From contig JACPGE010000046.1 in the NCBI GenBank assembly GCA_016182605.1, positions 7,769 to 71,768 of the forward strand: DNA of 64,000 nucleotides, read 5' to 3'. The translations under genes and the position numbers were made by a program. Positions 1 to 9,416 of the stretch are shown here, in pieces (within the stretch, counting starts at the first letter, position 1; every line of letters begins with the position of its first letter). This stretch comes from Candidatus Hydrogenedentota bacterium. Its GTDB lineage: Bacteria; Hydrogenedentota; Hydrogenedentia; Hydrogenedentales; JAEUWI01. The notes beneath the pieces are model-generated. The model did not search any database, was not told the DNA's origin, and saw only the letters and a program-made list of their open reading frames with translations.

Positions 1-611
1 TGCGGCATCCACCGGCACACTGGAACCGGGTCCTGAAGGGTTTCCGGCACCGCTATGTGGGCGGGGCGGAGATGGCGGGGCTGGTTTGCGGTATCCGGCG
101 GGTGCTGATAGCGTATGGCTCGCTGGAGGCCTGTTTTTGTGCGGGGCTGCGTGCGGGCGACACGCATAGCGTGGGGGCGCTGGCGCACTTTGTGGAGGCG
201 TTGCAGGCGGAGCAGCCGCTGGAAAAGAACTACCTTCTCCCCCACCCTGCGCGTGGCAGTGCATGCAAGCGGCATTTCATGTATCTGCGCTGGATGGTGC
301 GGCACGATGCGGTCGATCTGGGCCTGTGGCCGGGGGTGGCGCCGCGTCTGCTGGTGTATCCGATGGACACGCACCTGTACCGTATGGCGCGGCTGTTGCA
401 GTTTACGCGGCGCAAGACGGCGGATCTGAAGACGGCGCTGGAGGTGACGGGGCGCTTTGCGCGGATTTGCCCAGAGGACCCGGTGCGCTACGATTTCTGC
501 CTGACCCGGCTGGGGATCCGGCGGGAGGACGAGGCGGATTTTTGGGCGCAGGTGCGCGGGGCGGACAGCGGGCAGGCCCGGGGCAAGACAGAGGATGGTT
601 ACGTCCCATAG
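1..611 (+). CDS. TIGR02757/DUF2400-family protein, 5' end probably outside window
   Basis: The frame is open from the window edge. Motifs KRHFMYLRWMVR, DTHLYRMARLL and CPEDPVRYDFCLTRLG match my memory of the TIGR02757 family core. Confidence 0.5.
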   Translation, partial: RHPPAHWNRVLKGFRHRYVGGAEMAGLVCGIRRVLIAYGSLEACFCAGLRAGDTHSVGALAHFVEALQAEQPLEKNYLLPHPARGSACKRHFMYLRWMVRHDAVDLGLWPGVAPRLLVYPMDTHLYRMARLLQFTRRKTADLKTALEVTGRFARICPEDPVRYDFCLTRLGIRREDEADFWAQVRGADSGQARGKTEDGYVP

Positions 612-716
612 GGCCTTTATATTTGGGCGTGGCCTGCGCATTGAAGGCCAGTGGCACAGTTTGGGCACGCCCGCATATACTAGGGGTCCACGCCAGCCGG
701 CAGAAGGGAGTTCCGT

Positions 717-2123
717 TTGTCCAAGCCAACCGATATCCGTGTGCGCGCTGCCCAGCTTTTTTTTCTTCCGGTGAAGACCCGTGTGCCGTTGAAGTTTGGG
801 GCGGAAACGCTGAATTCCGTAACGTGCGCGCGGGTGTGTCTGCGGGTGGAGGATCGGCAGGGGCGAACGGCCCTGGGCTGGGGGGAGACGCCGCTCAGTG
901 TGCAGTGGGTATGGCCATCGGCCTTTGCGCACCAGGCGCGGCTGCGCGCGATGTATCAATTCAGCACGGCCTTGACCGGGGCGTGGGCCGCCTTTGAAGA
1001 CTGGGGACACCCGCTGGAGTTGGGCGCGCGATTTGTGGACGGCCTGCTGCCCGAGATGCTGCGCGCATTTCAGGAGGCGGCGGGATTGCCCGAGTCCATG
1101 CCGCATCTGGCCGCGCTCGTGTGCTGTTCGCCGTTTGACCTGGCGCTGCACGATGCCTATGGCAAACTGCACGGCGTGCCGGTTTATGACACGTACAACG
1201 CGCACTACATGAACGAATCGCTCGCGCCGCGCCTGGAATCGATCCGGGAGAGCGGCGTTTCTTTTCAGGACCGTTATCCGGGCGATTATCTTCAGCCGCC
1301 GCCGCAGTCACTGCCGGTGTGGCATCTTGTGGGCGGGCTGGACTGGCTGACGCCGGAGGAAAACGACGGGTCCGGCCCGGAAGATGGCTATCCGTTGGAT
1401 CTGCGCGCGTGGATCCGGCGGGACGGCCTGAAGTGTTTGAAGATCAAGCTGCGCGGCGTCGACGCGGACTGGGACTACGATCGCATTGTGCGTGTGGGGA
1501 GGATTGCGATTGAGGAAGGGGCGGACTGGCTCAGCACGGACTTCAATTGCACGGTGCGCGATCCGGGCTATGTGAACGCGATTCTCGATCGGCTCCTGGT
1601 GGAGCAGCCGCGCATTTACGGGATGATCCTCTACGTGGAGCAGCCCTTCCCCTATGACCTCGAAGCGCATCCGATGGATGTGCGCAGTGTTTCCGCGCGC
1701 AAGCCGCTCTTCATGGACGAAAGCGCGCACGACTGGCGGCTGGTGCGTTACGGCAGGGAGTTGGGCTGGTCCGGCGTGGCGCTGAAGACGTGCAAGACGC
1801 AGACCGGCGCGCTGTTGAGCCTGTGCTGGGCGAAAGCGCACGGCATGACGTTGATGGTGCAGGATCTGACGAATCCCATGCTCGCGCAGATACCGCACGT
1901 GCAGCTTGCGGCGCATGCCGGCACGATCATGGGGGTGGAATGCAACGCGATGCAGTTTTATCCCGAGGCGAGCACGCTGGAGGCGGCGGTGCACCCAGGG
2001 CTCTACACGCGCCGGAACGGGTTGCTCGATCTGAGCACGCTCGGCGGGCCCGGCTTTGGCTATGCGATAGAGAAGATCAAGCGCCCGCTGCCAGAGTCGG
2101 TTGTCGACGCGGGGAGCTGGTGA
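717..2123 (+). CDS. Enolase-superfamily protein (mandelate racemase/muconate lactonizing enzyme-like)
   Basis: 468-aa ORF with high GC3. N-terminal capping-domain-like region, then a barrel with KIKLRG, STDFN, YVEQPFP and FMDES, consistent with the metal-ligand pattern of enolase-superfamily members. TTG start is inferred. Confidence 0.55.
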   Translation: MSKPTDIRVRAAQLFFLPVKTRVPLKFGAETLNSVTCARVCLRVEDRQGRTALGWGETPLSVQWVWPSAFAHQARLRAMYQFSTALTGAWAAFEDWGHPLELGARFVDGLLPEMLRAFQEAAGLPESMPHLAALVCCSPFDLALHDAYGKLHGVPVYDTYNAHYMNESLAPRLESIRESGVSFQDRYPGDYLQPPPQSLPVWHLVGGLDWLTPEENDGSGPEDGYPLDLRAWIRRDGLKCLKIKLRGVDADWDYDRIVRVGRIAIEEGADWLSTDFNCTVRDPGYVNAILDRLLVEQPRIYGMILYVEQPFPYDLEAHPMDVRSVSARKPLFMDESAHDWRLVRYGRELGWSGVALKTCKTQTGALLSLCWAKAHGMTLMVQDLTNPMLAQIPHVQLAAHAGTIMGVECNAMQFYPEASTLEAAVHPGLYTRRNGLLDLSTLGGPGFGYAIEKIKRPLPESVVDAGSW

Positions 2124-2211
2124 AATAGACAAGCATTGACAAAGAAACCCGGAGAATGTACTGTATACGTATTCAGTGTTTCAAGGCTTTTCTTCGCCAA
2201 GGAATCGATAT

Positions 2212-3354
2212 ATGTTCGAATTTTTAGAGTTTTTCGCAGGTGGCGGCATGGCTCGCATAGGACTTGGGGAGCGTTGGCATTGTGCCTTTGCGAACGACTG
2301 CTGCCCCAAGAAGGCAAAGACTTATCGTGCAAATTTCCCGTCTGCTGAGGAATTCTGCTTGAAACGGATCGAAGATGTGGAATTCGATAGGATTCCAGCT
2401 GGAGCCCATTTGGCGTGGGCGTCATTCCCTTGTCAAGACCTTTCGCTTGCTGGCAAGGGCAAGGGACTCGATGGCCAGAAGAGCAATGCATTTTGGCCTT
2501 TCTGGCAAATTGTGAAGGGTTTTTCCGCAATAGGAAAACCAATCCCAATTGTTGTACTGGAAAACGTTGTGGGCGCACTAACGTCAAACGGTGGGCGAGA
2601 TTTTCAGTTACTGCTTCAATCCTTGCAGGAGGCGGGTTATTCGTACGGCCCGATGGTCGTCGACGCTCGCCATTTTCTGCCACAGTCTCGACCCAGATTG
2701 TTCATTGTAGCTGTAAGAAAATCCGTTCCGATTGATCCAGATTTGTGCACGCGCGTGCCTGTCCAGACTGCTTGGTATCCAAAATCGATCCAGAACTCTT
2801 ATGACCGGCTGGACGACTCTATCCGTAAAGACTGGATTTGGTGGAACCTACCCTTTCCGCTTCTGAAGCCGCGATCCCTGAAATCGATAATAGAGACACG
2901 CCAACCCGATTCCGCTTGGCATTCCCCAGGGGAGACAAGCATTTTACTCGAACGAATGTCTCCAGCCAACCGGGAGAAATTGGAGCAAGTGAAGCTTCTT
3001 GGCAAACCGGTGGTCGGGACCATCTACAAGCGGACTCGAATTGAAAATGGCGTCAAGCAACAACGTACAGAGGTGCGATTCGATCAGACATCCGGGTGCT
3101 TGCGCACCCCAGGAGGAGGCTCAAGCAGACAGATAATAATATGCGTAAATGGCGGGCAAATACGCACCCGCCTCTTGAGTGCTAGAGAGGCTGCCCGGTT
3201 AATGGGATTGCCCGATACATACAATTTGCCACTTAGATACAACGACGCCTATCATGTTGCGGGAGACGGCGTGGCTGTCCCGGTTGTACGTTGGATTTCC
3301 GAGAATCTACTTGAGCCAATTGCCGAACGAATATCGCTCACCGTTGCCGCGTGA
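2212..3354 (+). CDS. DNA (cytosine-5)-methyltransferase
   Basis: Motif I FAGGGMARIGL, motif IV SFPCQDLSLAGKG, motif VI ENV, motif VIII QSRPRLFIVA, and C-terminal AREAARLMGLPD / GDGVAVPV. The ATG at 2212 is preceded by aagga. GC is lower than the flanks. Confidence 0.92.
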   Translation: MFEFLEFFAGGGMARIGLGERWHCAFANDCCPKKAKTYRANFPSAEEFCLKRIEDVEFDRIPAGAHLAWASFPCQDLSLAGKGKGLDGQKSNAFWPFWQIVKGFSAIGKPIPIVVLENVVGALTSNGGRDFQLLLQSLQEAGYSYGPMVVDARHFLPQSRPRLFIVAVRKSVPIDPDLCTRVPVQTAWYPKSIQNSYDRLDDSIRKDWIWWNLPFPLLKPRSLKSIIETRQPDSAWHSPGETSILLERMSPANREKLEQVKLLGKPVVGTIYKRTRIENGVKQQRTEVRFDQTSGCLRTPGGGSSRQIIICVNGGQIRTRLLSAREAARLMGLPDTYNLPLRYNDAYHVAGDGVAVPVVRWISENLLEPIAERISLTVAA

Positions 3355-3416
3355 ACACGATTGATCGGGTATAAATTTTGCGTAATCCTGTGATTCCTTG
3401 CGAACAGACTGAGACG

Positions 3417-4241
3417 ATGAAAAGAGAAGTGGATGCGATAGCATCTGACATCAAATCCACTTTCATGCGCAATTATGGTGCAGGACTTGACGACAAAGTC
3501 AAGTTGGGATTGTTTCAGGCGGCGATTGAGAGTCTTCGAGGAACCCAGGCGGCTTCACCTAAAGCAAAAAGAGAGTTCGTATCACTCATCCTGGACTTTA
3601 TGCTTTCGCCCGGAAGCATCTCAAGTTGGGTGTTCTCTGGAGGGCAGGATCGTCATGATTACGTGCTCAATATGCCGGACAACACCACGGTAATAATAGA
3701 AGCCAAAGGATGTTTGGACGGTAACAACACAAACATTTTCCAACGCCCTCCTCAGGCCGAAGAGTTCTACATTTGGTCCCTCTGTCAAAATGTGGGCTCT
3801 GATCCAAGACACAATGTGTGGTCTGGGATCCATACGCGCTTAGGCGCGGAGTTGATTCACAGAAAAGAGAAGATTGATGGATTGATCGTTTGGGACATGT
3901 TGTGTGGCACAGTTGGCCGGCCATGCCCCAAATGCATTGGTCATCCAGAGAAACTGATTTCCCTGCCAGGGAAAAGCGTTCCCTCTCCATGTCTTTACAT
4001 TTTCCCAAGAACGATTCCAGATCCTCGGAACAATTCCAAGCCAGATGTTGCACGAATGGCGGATCTAAAATTCTTTCAAGCCTTGGCTGCCTTGTTTGGC
4101 TGCGACAAAGCAGACATCAATGAAGTCTCAATACAAGTTCGTATGGAAGATGCGAATCTTCAGCGAAAGACAACCGTACGCCGTGACGGTGAGGTTGTGT
4201 CCGAATCCAATTGGGCGACATTGCGGCGCGCCAACAAATGA
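3417..4241 (+). CDS. Putative type II restriction endonuclease (PD-ExK)
   Basis: Lies between the C5-MTase and Vsr in the same orientation. Its stop overlaps the vsr start (ATGA). Candidate catalytic motif MPD-x9-EAK at nt 3674-3707. No recognisable named family. Confidence 0.5.
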   Translation: MKREVDAIASDIKSTFMRNYGAGLDDKVKLGLFQAAIESLRGTQAASPKAKREFVSLILDFMLSPGSISSWVFSGGQDRHDYVLNMPDNTTVIIEAKGCLDGNNTNIFQRPPQAEEFYIWSLCQNVGSDPRHNVWSGIHTRLGAELIHRKEKIDGLIVWDMLCGTVGRPCPKCIGHPEKLISLPGKSVPSPCLYIFPRTIPDPRNNSKPDVARMADLKFFQALAALFGCDKADINEVSIQVRMEDANLQRKTTVRRDGEVVSESNWATLRRANK

Positions 4242-4678
4242 ATAGGCAGCTACCCGGCTCTGCAGATGTCTTTTCTTTGGAGAAACGACGGAAGATTATG
4301 GCCTTGGTCCGGGGGCAAGGCAGCAATATTGAATTGATCGTGAGACGTGTTTTCCTGGAGAACGGCTATCGATTCCGTTATAACGTCAAGTCATTGCCCG
4401 GCAAGCCAGACCTTGTATTGAATCGGCTTTCGACCGTGGTCTTTGTCAATGGTTGCTTCTGGCATGGCCACCATTGCAAGCGGGGACGTAGAGTTCCAAA
4501 GTCGAATCGGTCTTACTGGATCCAAAAGATCGGACGCAATATAAAGCGAGATGGTGCTGTTCGAAGGAAATTGCGCAAGGAGGGATACCACGTCTACACA
4601 ATCTGGGAGTGCTCGTACGCCCGCGACTTGAAACGGGTATTGACTTACCTTCAGAAACTGCAAGAATCGGAGCGCTGA
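4238..4678 (+). CDS. vsr: Very short patch repair endonuclease
   Basis: SLPGKPDLVL, VFVNGCFWHGHHC and RNIKRD...L...GY.V..IWEC are typical Vsr motifs. Co-located with a C5-MTase. Confidence 0.85.
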   Translation: MNRQLPGSADVFSLEKRRKIMALVRGQGSNIELIVRRVFLENGYRFRYNVKSLPGKPDLVLNRLSTVVFVNGCFWHGHHCKRGRRVPKSNRSYWIQKIGRNIKRDGAVRRKLRKEGYHVYTIWECSYARDLKRVLTYLQKLQESER

Positions 4679-4681
4679 AGG

Positions 4682-6031
4682 GTGTCTATATCTGATCATC
4701 TGCATTCCGAGGGCGACCTCAACCTTTCGCCGCGGCGTGCGGCGTGGTCCGCGGAACATATCGGTGCGGAAACGCGGGTGCATCTGGACGCGGACTCGAC
4801 GGTGTTTCTGCATCAGTCGCTTTCGACGCCCTGCCTGAATGCGATCGAAGGGGCCGAGGGCATTTACCTGATCGATACGGAGGGCCGGCGCATCATGGAT
4901 TTCCATGGCAATGGCCTGCACCAGGTGGGCCATGGCAATCCCGAGGTGATCGCGGCGGTGAAGTCCCAACTCGACACCCTGCCGTTTTGCCCGCGCCGCT
5001 ATACGAACGGCCCGGCGATTGGGCTGGCGCAGAAGCTGACGTCGCTAGCGCCGGGCGATCTGAACCGCGTGCTCTTTGCTCCGGGAGGCACGGCGGCGAT
5101 CGGCATGGCGTTGAAGCTGGCGCGCATGGCGACGGGCCGGCACAAGACGATCTCGATGTGGGACGCCTTTCACGGGGCCTCGCTCGACGCCATCTCGATC
5201 GGGGGCGAGGCGATCTTCCGCAAGGATGCGGGGCCCTTGTTGCCGGGCACGGAGCATGTGCCGCCGCCCGATCCCACGGGGTGCCCCTTCCGCTGCGGGC
5301 GGGAATGCACGCTGCAATGCGCCGACTACATCGAGTATGTGCTGGAGAAAGAGGGCGACGTGGCGGCGGTGATCGCGGAGACGGTGCGGAGCGCGCCCTT
5401 CATTCCACCGCGGGACTACTGGCACAAGGTGCGCGCGGCATGCGACCGGCACGGGGCCCTGCTGATTCTCGATGAAATTCCCACCTGTCTCGGCCGCACG
5501 GGCTACATGTTTCCCCATGAGCATTATGGCATCGTTCCGGACATGGTCGTGATTGGGAAGGGCCTGGGCGGCGGGGTGATGCCGCTTGCGGCGCTGATCG
5601 CGCGGGAACATCTGAACGCGGCGATGCCGGATCGGGCGCTGGGGCATTACACGCATGAGAAAAACCCGGTGGCGTGTGCGGCGGCGCTGGCCACGATAGC
5701 GCAAATCGAGTCGCGAGGGCTGTTGGATCACAGCCGGGAACTGGGGGCTTACGCGGTCGATCAATTGCGCGAAATGCAGGAACGGCTGCCAATCGTGGGG
5801 GACGTGCGCGGCCTGGGCCTGCTGATCGGTGTGGAACTGCTTGACCCGGCCACGGGAGCCCGCGCGGTGGATGCCGCGGAGCAGGTCTTGTACGGGTGCC
5901 TGCGGCGGGACTTGAGTTTCAAGGTGAGCATGGGCAATATGCTCACGCTGATGCCCCCGTTGACCATTTCCTGGGCGGAGATGGATCGGGCGCTGGGGAT
6001 ATTGGAAGCCTCCATCGAAGCGGTTCTCTAA
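4682..6031 (+). CDS. Class-III (PLP-dependent) aminotransferase family protein
   Basis: GNPEVIAAV, FAPGGTAAIGMALKLAR, LILDEIPTCLGRTGYMF and GKGLGGG match the acetylornithine/GABA aminotransferase fold-type I class III pattern. Confidence 0.8.
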   Translation: MSISDHLHSEGDLNLSPRRAAWSAEHIGAETRVHLDADSTVFLHQSLSTPCLNAIEGAEGIYLIDTEGRRIMDFHGNGLHQVGHGNPEVIAAVKSQLDTLPFCPRRYTNGPAIGLAQKLTSLAPGDLNRVLFAPGGTAAIGMALKLARMATGRHKTISMWDAFHGASLDAISIGGEAIFRKDAGPLLPGTEHVPPPDPTGCPFRCGRECTLQCADYIEYVLEKEGDVAAVIAETVRSAPFIPPRDYWHKVRAACDRHGALLILDEIPTCLGRTGYMFPHEHYGIVPDMVVIGKGLGGGVMPLAALIAREHLNAAMPDRALGHYTHEKNPVACAAALATIAQIESRGLLDHSRELGAYAVDQLREMQERLPIVGDVRGLGLLIGVELLDPATGARAVDAAEQVLYGCLRRDLSFKVSMGNMLTLMPPLTISWAEMDRALGILEASIEAVL

Positions 6032-6183
6032 GCGGCGCCCCAACTGCGCCACAGCATGAAAGCAACGTGCATGTGCAATAAGGTTACAGAGGGGAAACGC
6101 CCTTTTCCCCGTAGCGCCCGGAAAGACTACCGTACCCGGCCGATTGCCCTGCCGCTTGGTCTGAACGCTCTTTCGGCGTTGCG

Positions 6184-7989
6184 ATGAACGCGCCCCTGGA
6201 CATCCACCACGCGGAACGGAAGCGCCGCCCCCTGCTGCGGCTCTTGCAGCGCCGGGGCTATCGCGTGGGGTTCCTGGCAGGGATCCTCGTTGCGCTGCCC
6301 AGCCTCTTTGCCGGTTTTCTGGTCGACGACTATGTGCACATGAGCACGCTCGAAGGAAAGATCGTGCTTGGCGAGCCGTGGGACCTTTTCCGCTTTGCGG
6401 ATGGCGTGCCGGATCACAACCTGAAGTGGATGGATTCGGGGCCCTTCCTCTGGTATACGGACACGGATATTTCCCTGCACTTCTTCCGGCCCCTGTCCAG
6501 CGCCACGATGGTGCTGGACCACGTGCTCTTCGACCGGTGGACGCCCGGCATGCATGCGCATTCGATCCTCTGGTATGCCCTGTTGCTGGTGGCGGCATCC
6601 CTGATCTACCGGCGCGCCCTGCCGGGCATCGTGGGTGCGCTCGCCTTTCTCCTCTTCGCGGTGGAGGACGCGCACATCATTCCGGTGGTGTGGTGGTCGA
6701 ACCGGAATGCGGTGATCGCCGCGGCGCCTGCGATACTGGGGCTCGCGGCGCATATGCGCTGGCGCGAGGCGCGCTGGCGGCCGGGACTGCCGCTTTCGCT
6801 GCTGGGCTATATCGTCGGGCTTGCGGGCGCGGAGGGCGCGCTCGGGATCATGGGCTACGTCATCGCATACGAACTCATTGCAAGGAAAGACGCCTGGCCG
6901 CAACGCTTTTTCGCGCTTGTGCCCGCGGGAGCCCTCTCCGTTCTCTATCTCCTGTACTACAAAGCCACGGGCCATGGCGTGTCTGGCTCCGGGGTCTACT
7001 TCGATCCGATTGGCGAGGTGGGCCTCTATTTGAGCGAGTTCCCCTCCCGCTTCCTGATGATGCTGGGCCAGCACCTCTTTATGCTGCCGGTGGAACTGCC
7101 GGTCTTCTTCACGCGGCTGGAGACGCCCCTGGTGCTGGCCTCACTCTTCCTCATCGCGCTCACGCTCTATGTGGTCTATCGCCTGTGGCCGCGCTTCGCC
7201 CCGGAGGAGCGGATCGCGCTCCAATGGATGACGCTGGGCGCGCTGATTGCCCTGCCGCCCGTCCTCACCACCTTTCCTTCGAGCCGCACGCTGCTCATGC
7301 CGTCGCTGGGCGGCGTGGTGGTGCTGGCGCTCGTCATCCGGCATGGCCTGAGCGCCGTGGCGCAATCCTCCCCGAGGATGGTGATTGCGGTCTCGTGGGC
7401 CTTCATCGTGCTCCATCTGGTGCTGGCGCCCGCGGCCTGGATCGGGGGCGTGGCCGGAATCCGGATCTTCAACGTGATGGGACAAGGGCTCTTCGACGAA
7501 TTCGATCTTGACCAGACGGATCTGAGCGCGCGCCGCGCGATCATGGTGAGTTCCGTGGATCCGGTTTCCGGATTCTATCCGTACGTGATGCGGATGTACC
7601 GTGGCGAGACCGTGCCGCGCGGCTGGAACACGCTTTCCATGGCCCCCTTCGATCATCGCGTAACGCGCACGGGACCGAACACCTTTGAAGTCGAGGTGGT
7701 GAACGGGGAATTGTTTACGAATCCTTTCGAACGGCTCCTGCGTTCGCACGAACGGAAAATGCGCCCCGGGGACCGGGTCGATCTGACCGAGTTCACCATC
7801 GAAGTGCTCGAATGCGGGGACTGGGGGCCGAAGCGCTTCCGCTTCGAGGGAAAGTATTCCCTGGACGATCCCCGCTACTGCTTTGTTTCCTGGCAGGGGC
7901 ACGCGCTGCGCGAGTTCCGCTGGGCGGAGCAGCCGGCAAGTTTTGATCTGCGCATGAAAGAGGGCTATATTCAGCAGTTCCTGGACTAA
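6184..7989 (+). CDS. Polytopic integral membrane protein (possibly GT-C-like), function unknown
   Basis: 601-aa ORF with high GC3, more than 10 hydrophobic segments in the first 430 aa, and a soluble C-terminal domain. Confidence 0.5.
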   Translation: MNAPLDIHHAERKRRPLLRLLQRRGYRVGFLAGILVALPSLFAGFLVDDYVHMSTLEGKIVLGEPWDLFRFADGVPDHNLKWMDSGPFLWYTDTDISLHFFRPLSSATMVLDHVLFDRWTPGMHAHSILWYALLLVAASLIYRRALPGIVGALAFLLFAVEDAHIIPVVWWSNRNAVIAAAPAILGLAAHMRWREARWRPGLPLSLLGYIVGLAGAEGALGIMGYVIAYELIARKDAWPQRFFALVPAGALSVLYLLYYKATGHGVSGSGVYFDPIGEVGLYLSEFPSRFLMMLGQHLFMLPVELPVFFTRLETPLVLASLFLIALTLYVVYRLWPRFAPEERIALQWMTLGALIALPPVLTTFPSSRTLLMPSLGGVVVLALVIRHGLSAVAQSSPRMVIAVSWAFIVLHLVLAPAAWIGGVAGIRIFNVMGQGLFDEFDLDQTDLSARRAIMVSSVDPVSGFYPYVMRMYRGETVPRGWNTLSMAPFDHRVTRTGPNTFEVEVVNGELFTNPFERLLRSHERKMRPGDRVDLTEFTIEVLECGDWGPKRFRFEGKYSLDDPRYCFVSWQGHALREFRWAEQPASFDLRMKEGYIQQFLD

Positions 7990-8009
7990 GCGGCGCCCAA
8001 GTGGCAATC

Positions 8010-8494
8010 GGGGACAGCCCGAATGGCACTAACTTAAGGACCTTAACCGAAGCATTTCCGCGAAAAATCATGTGAAGGACATCTACAATCGCACAAGTAG
8101 GCCTTCGCTCGCCGGGCGTAGGCATCTCCACACAAGCCAACCGCACCACACACTGACAAATCACGCCCCAATCCATAAAAAGGGCTCCCTTCGAAAATGG
8201 AACCGGCTAAAGTCTCACAGCGACAACTTCGAGCGCCAAGGGGACTGTCCTCTTCCCGAGTTTCACGAGGGAAAGGGACTGTCCCCCGCACCGCCAGCGC
8301 GCATAATCCTGCAACAGACGGATTCTCGTCGGCCTCGTCTTTGAAGATGGAACCGGCAAAAGTTGAACTTGCCCCAGAATCTACATCCCCCTTGGTCCCC
8401 CTTTGAAGATGGGGTAGGGGAGATCTTAGAACCTCACGCAAGTTCATACACCAACATCTTGTACTCTTAAGTCAGCGCCATTCGGAACAGCCCC
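8010..8494. repeat. MITE-like repeat element, complete copy with terminal inverted repeats
   Basis: Left end ggggacagcccgaatggcactaacttaag (8010-8038) and right end cttaagtcagcgccattcggaacagcccc (8466-8494) are inverted (22/29 matches). The internal core aagtaggccttcgctcgcc.ggcgtaggcat.tccacac recurs at 13.6, 13.85, 14.18 and 24.17 kb. Confidence 0.65.
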
Positions 8495-8545
8495 CTGAGA
8501 ATGGCCTAAAATAAATGGCGCCATGGGCGCCCTGGAGATCGGATT

Positions 8546-9343
8546 GTGAAGATTTGTATGGCGGGCGCCTGCGGGCGCATGGGACGGCGGATTTTGGAAA
8601 TGGCGGTGCGCGCGGAAGACGCTTCCATTGGCGGCGCTTTCGACATGCCGCGGAATGCGGGCGTGAAGCTGGAGGTGGGCGCAGAGTGCGGACAGCCGCA
8701 GACGGTGATCGTGGGCGCCGGCGCGGCGGCCGAGATCGCGAAGAGCGATGTGCTCATCGACTTCACCCATGCGTCGGTGTGTGTGAACAACGCCCGCCTC
8801 GCCGTGGAGGCCGGCAAGCCCGCCGTGATCGGCACCACGGGACTCAGCGAGGCGGACCAGGCGGAACTGCGCAATCTCGCGGAAAAAGCCCCCATTGTGT
8901 ACGCGCCGAACATGAGCGTCGGCGTCAACCTGCTCTTCAAACTTACCAGCCAGGTCGCCCAGACCCTGGGTCTCGAATACAACTGCGAGATTGTGGAGAT
9001 TCACCACAACCTGAAGAAGGACAGCCCGAGCGGCACCGCCGTGCGCCTGGCGGAGAATGCGGCGGCGGAACTGGGCCTGGACTACCGCCAGCACGTGGCA
9101 CACGGCCGCGAGGGGATGATCGGCGAACGGCCCAAACGCGAAATCGGGATGCATGCCCTCCGTGGCGGCGATGTGATCGGCGAGCACGTGGTCCATTTCA
9201 TTGGACCCGGCGAACGCATCGAACTCGCCCACCGCTCCAACACCCGCGATCACTACGCCAACGGAGCCCTCACCGCATGCCGCTTTGCATTAAAAGCAAA
9301 GCCGGGGCTCTACGATATGCAGGACGTGCTGGGGCTGAAGTAG
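8546..9343 (+). CDS. dapB: 4-hydroxy-tetrahydrodipicolinate reductase
   Basis: N-terminal G.CGRMG Rossmann motif, VLIDFTH, VIGTTG, APNMSVGVNL and EIVEIHHNLKKDSPSGTA. GTG start. Confidence 0.9.
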   Translation: MKICMAGACGRMGRRILEMAVRAEDASIGGAFDMPRNAGVKLEVGAECGQPQTVIVGAGAAAEIAKSDVLIDFTHASVCVNNARLAVEAGKPAVIGTTGLSEADQAELRNLAEKAPIVYAPNMSVGVNLLFKLTSQVAQTLGLEYNCEIVEIHHNLKKDSPSGTAVRLAENAAAELGLDYRQHVAHGREGMIGERPKREIGMHALRGGDVIGEHVVHFIGPGERIELAHRSNTRDHYANGALTACRFALKAKPGLYDMQDVLGLK

Positions 9344-9416
9344 AGGCAATGGACGAAATGGATTGAATGGACACCATAGACACGGTACCCGAAACACATT
9401 GGGTGGAGGCAGATTC

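Noticed and set aside
5045-6598. 517-aa ORF on the minus strand overlapping the aminotransferase gene. Similar long antisense or off-frame ORFs occur at 6127-7074, 10325-11716, 14913-16331, 15175-16674, 16373-17461, 28094-29965, 31018-32016, 31832-33931, 33033-34748, 41263-42180, 42295-43593, 43259-44683, 44725-47103 and 55583-56230.
   Set aside because: These are typical high-GC shadow ORFs. Their translations are Arg/Pro/Gly/Ala-rich low-complexity sequence with no motifs. In each case the opposite or alternative frame carries a protein with clear family signatures.
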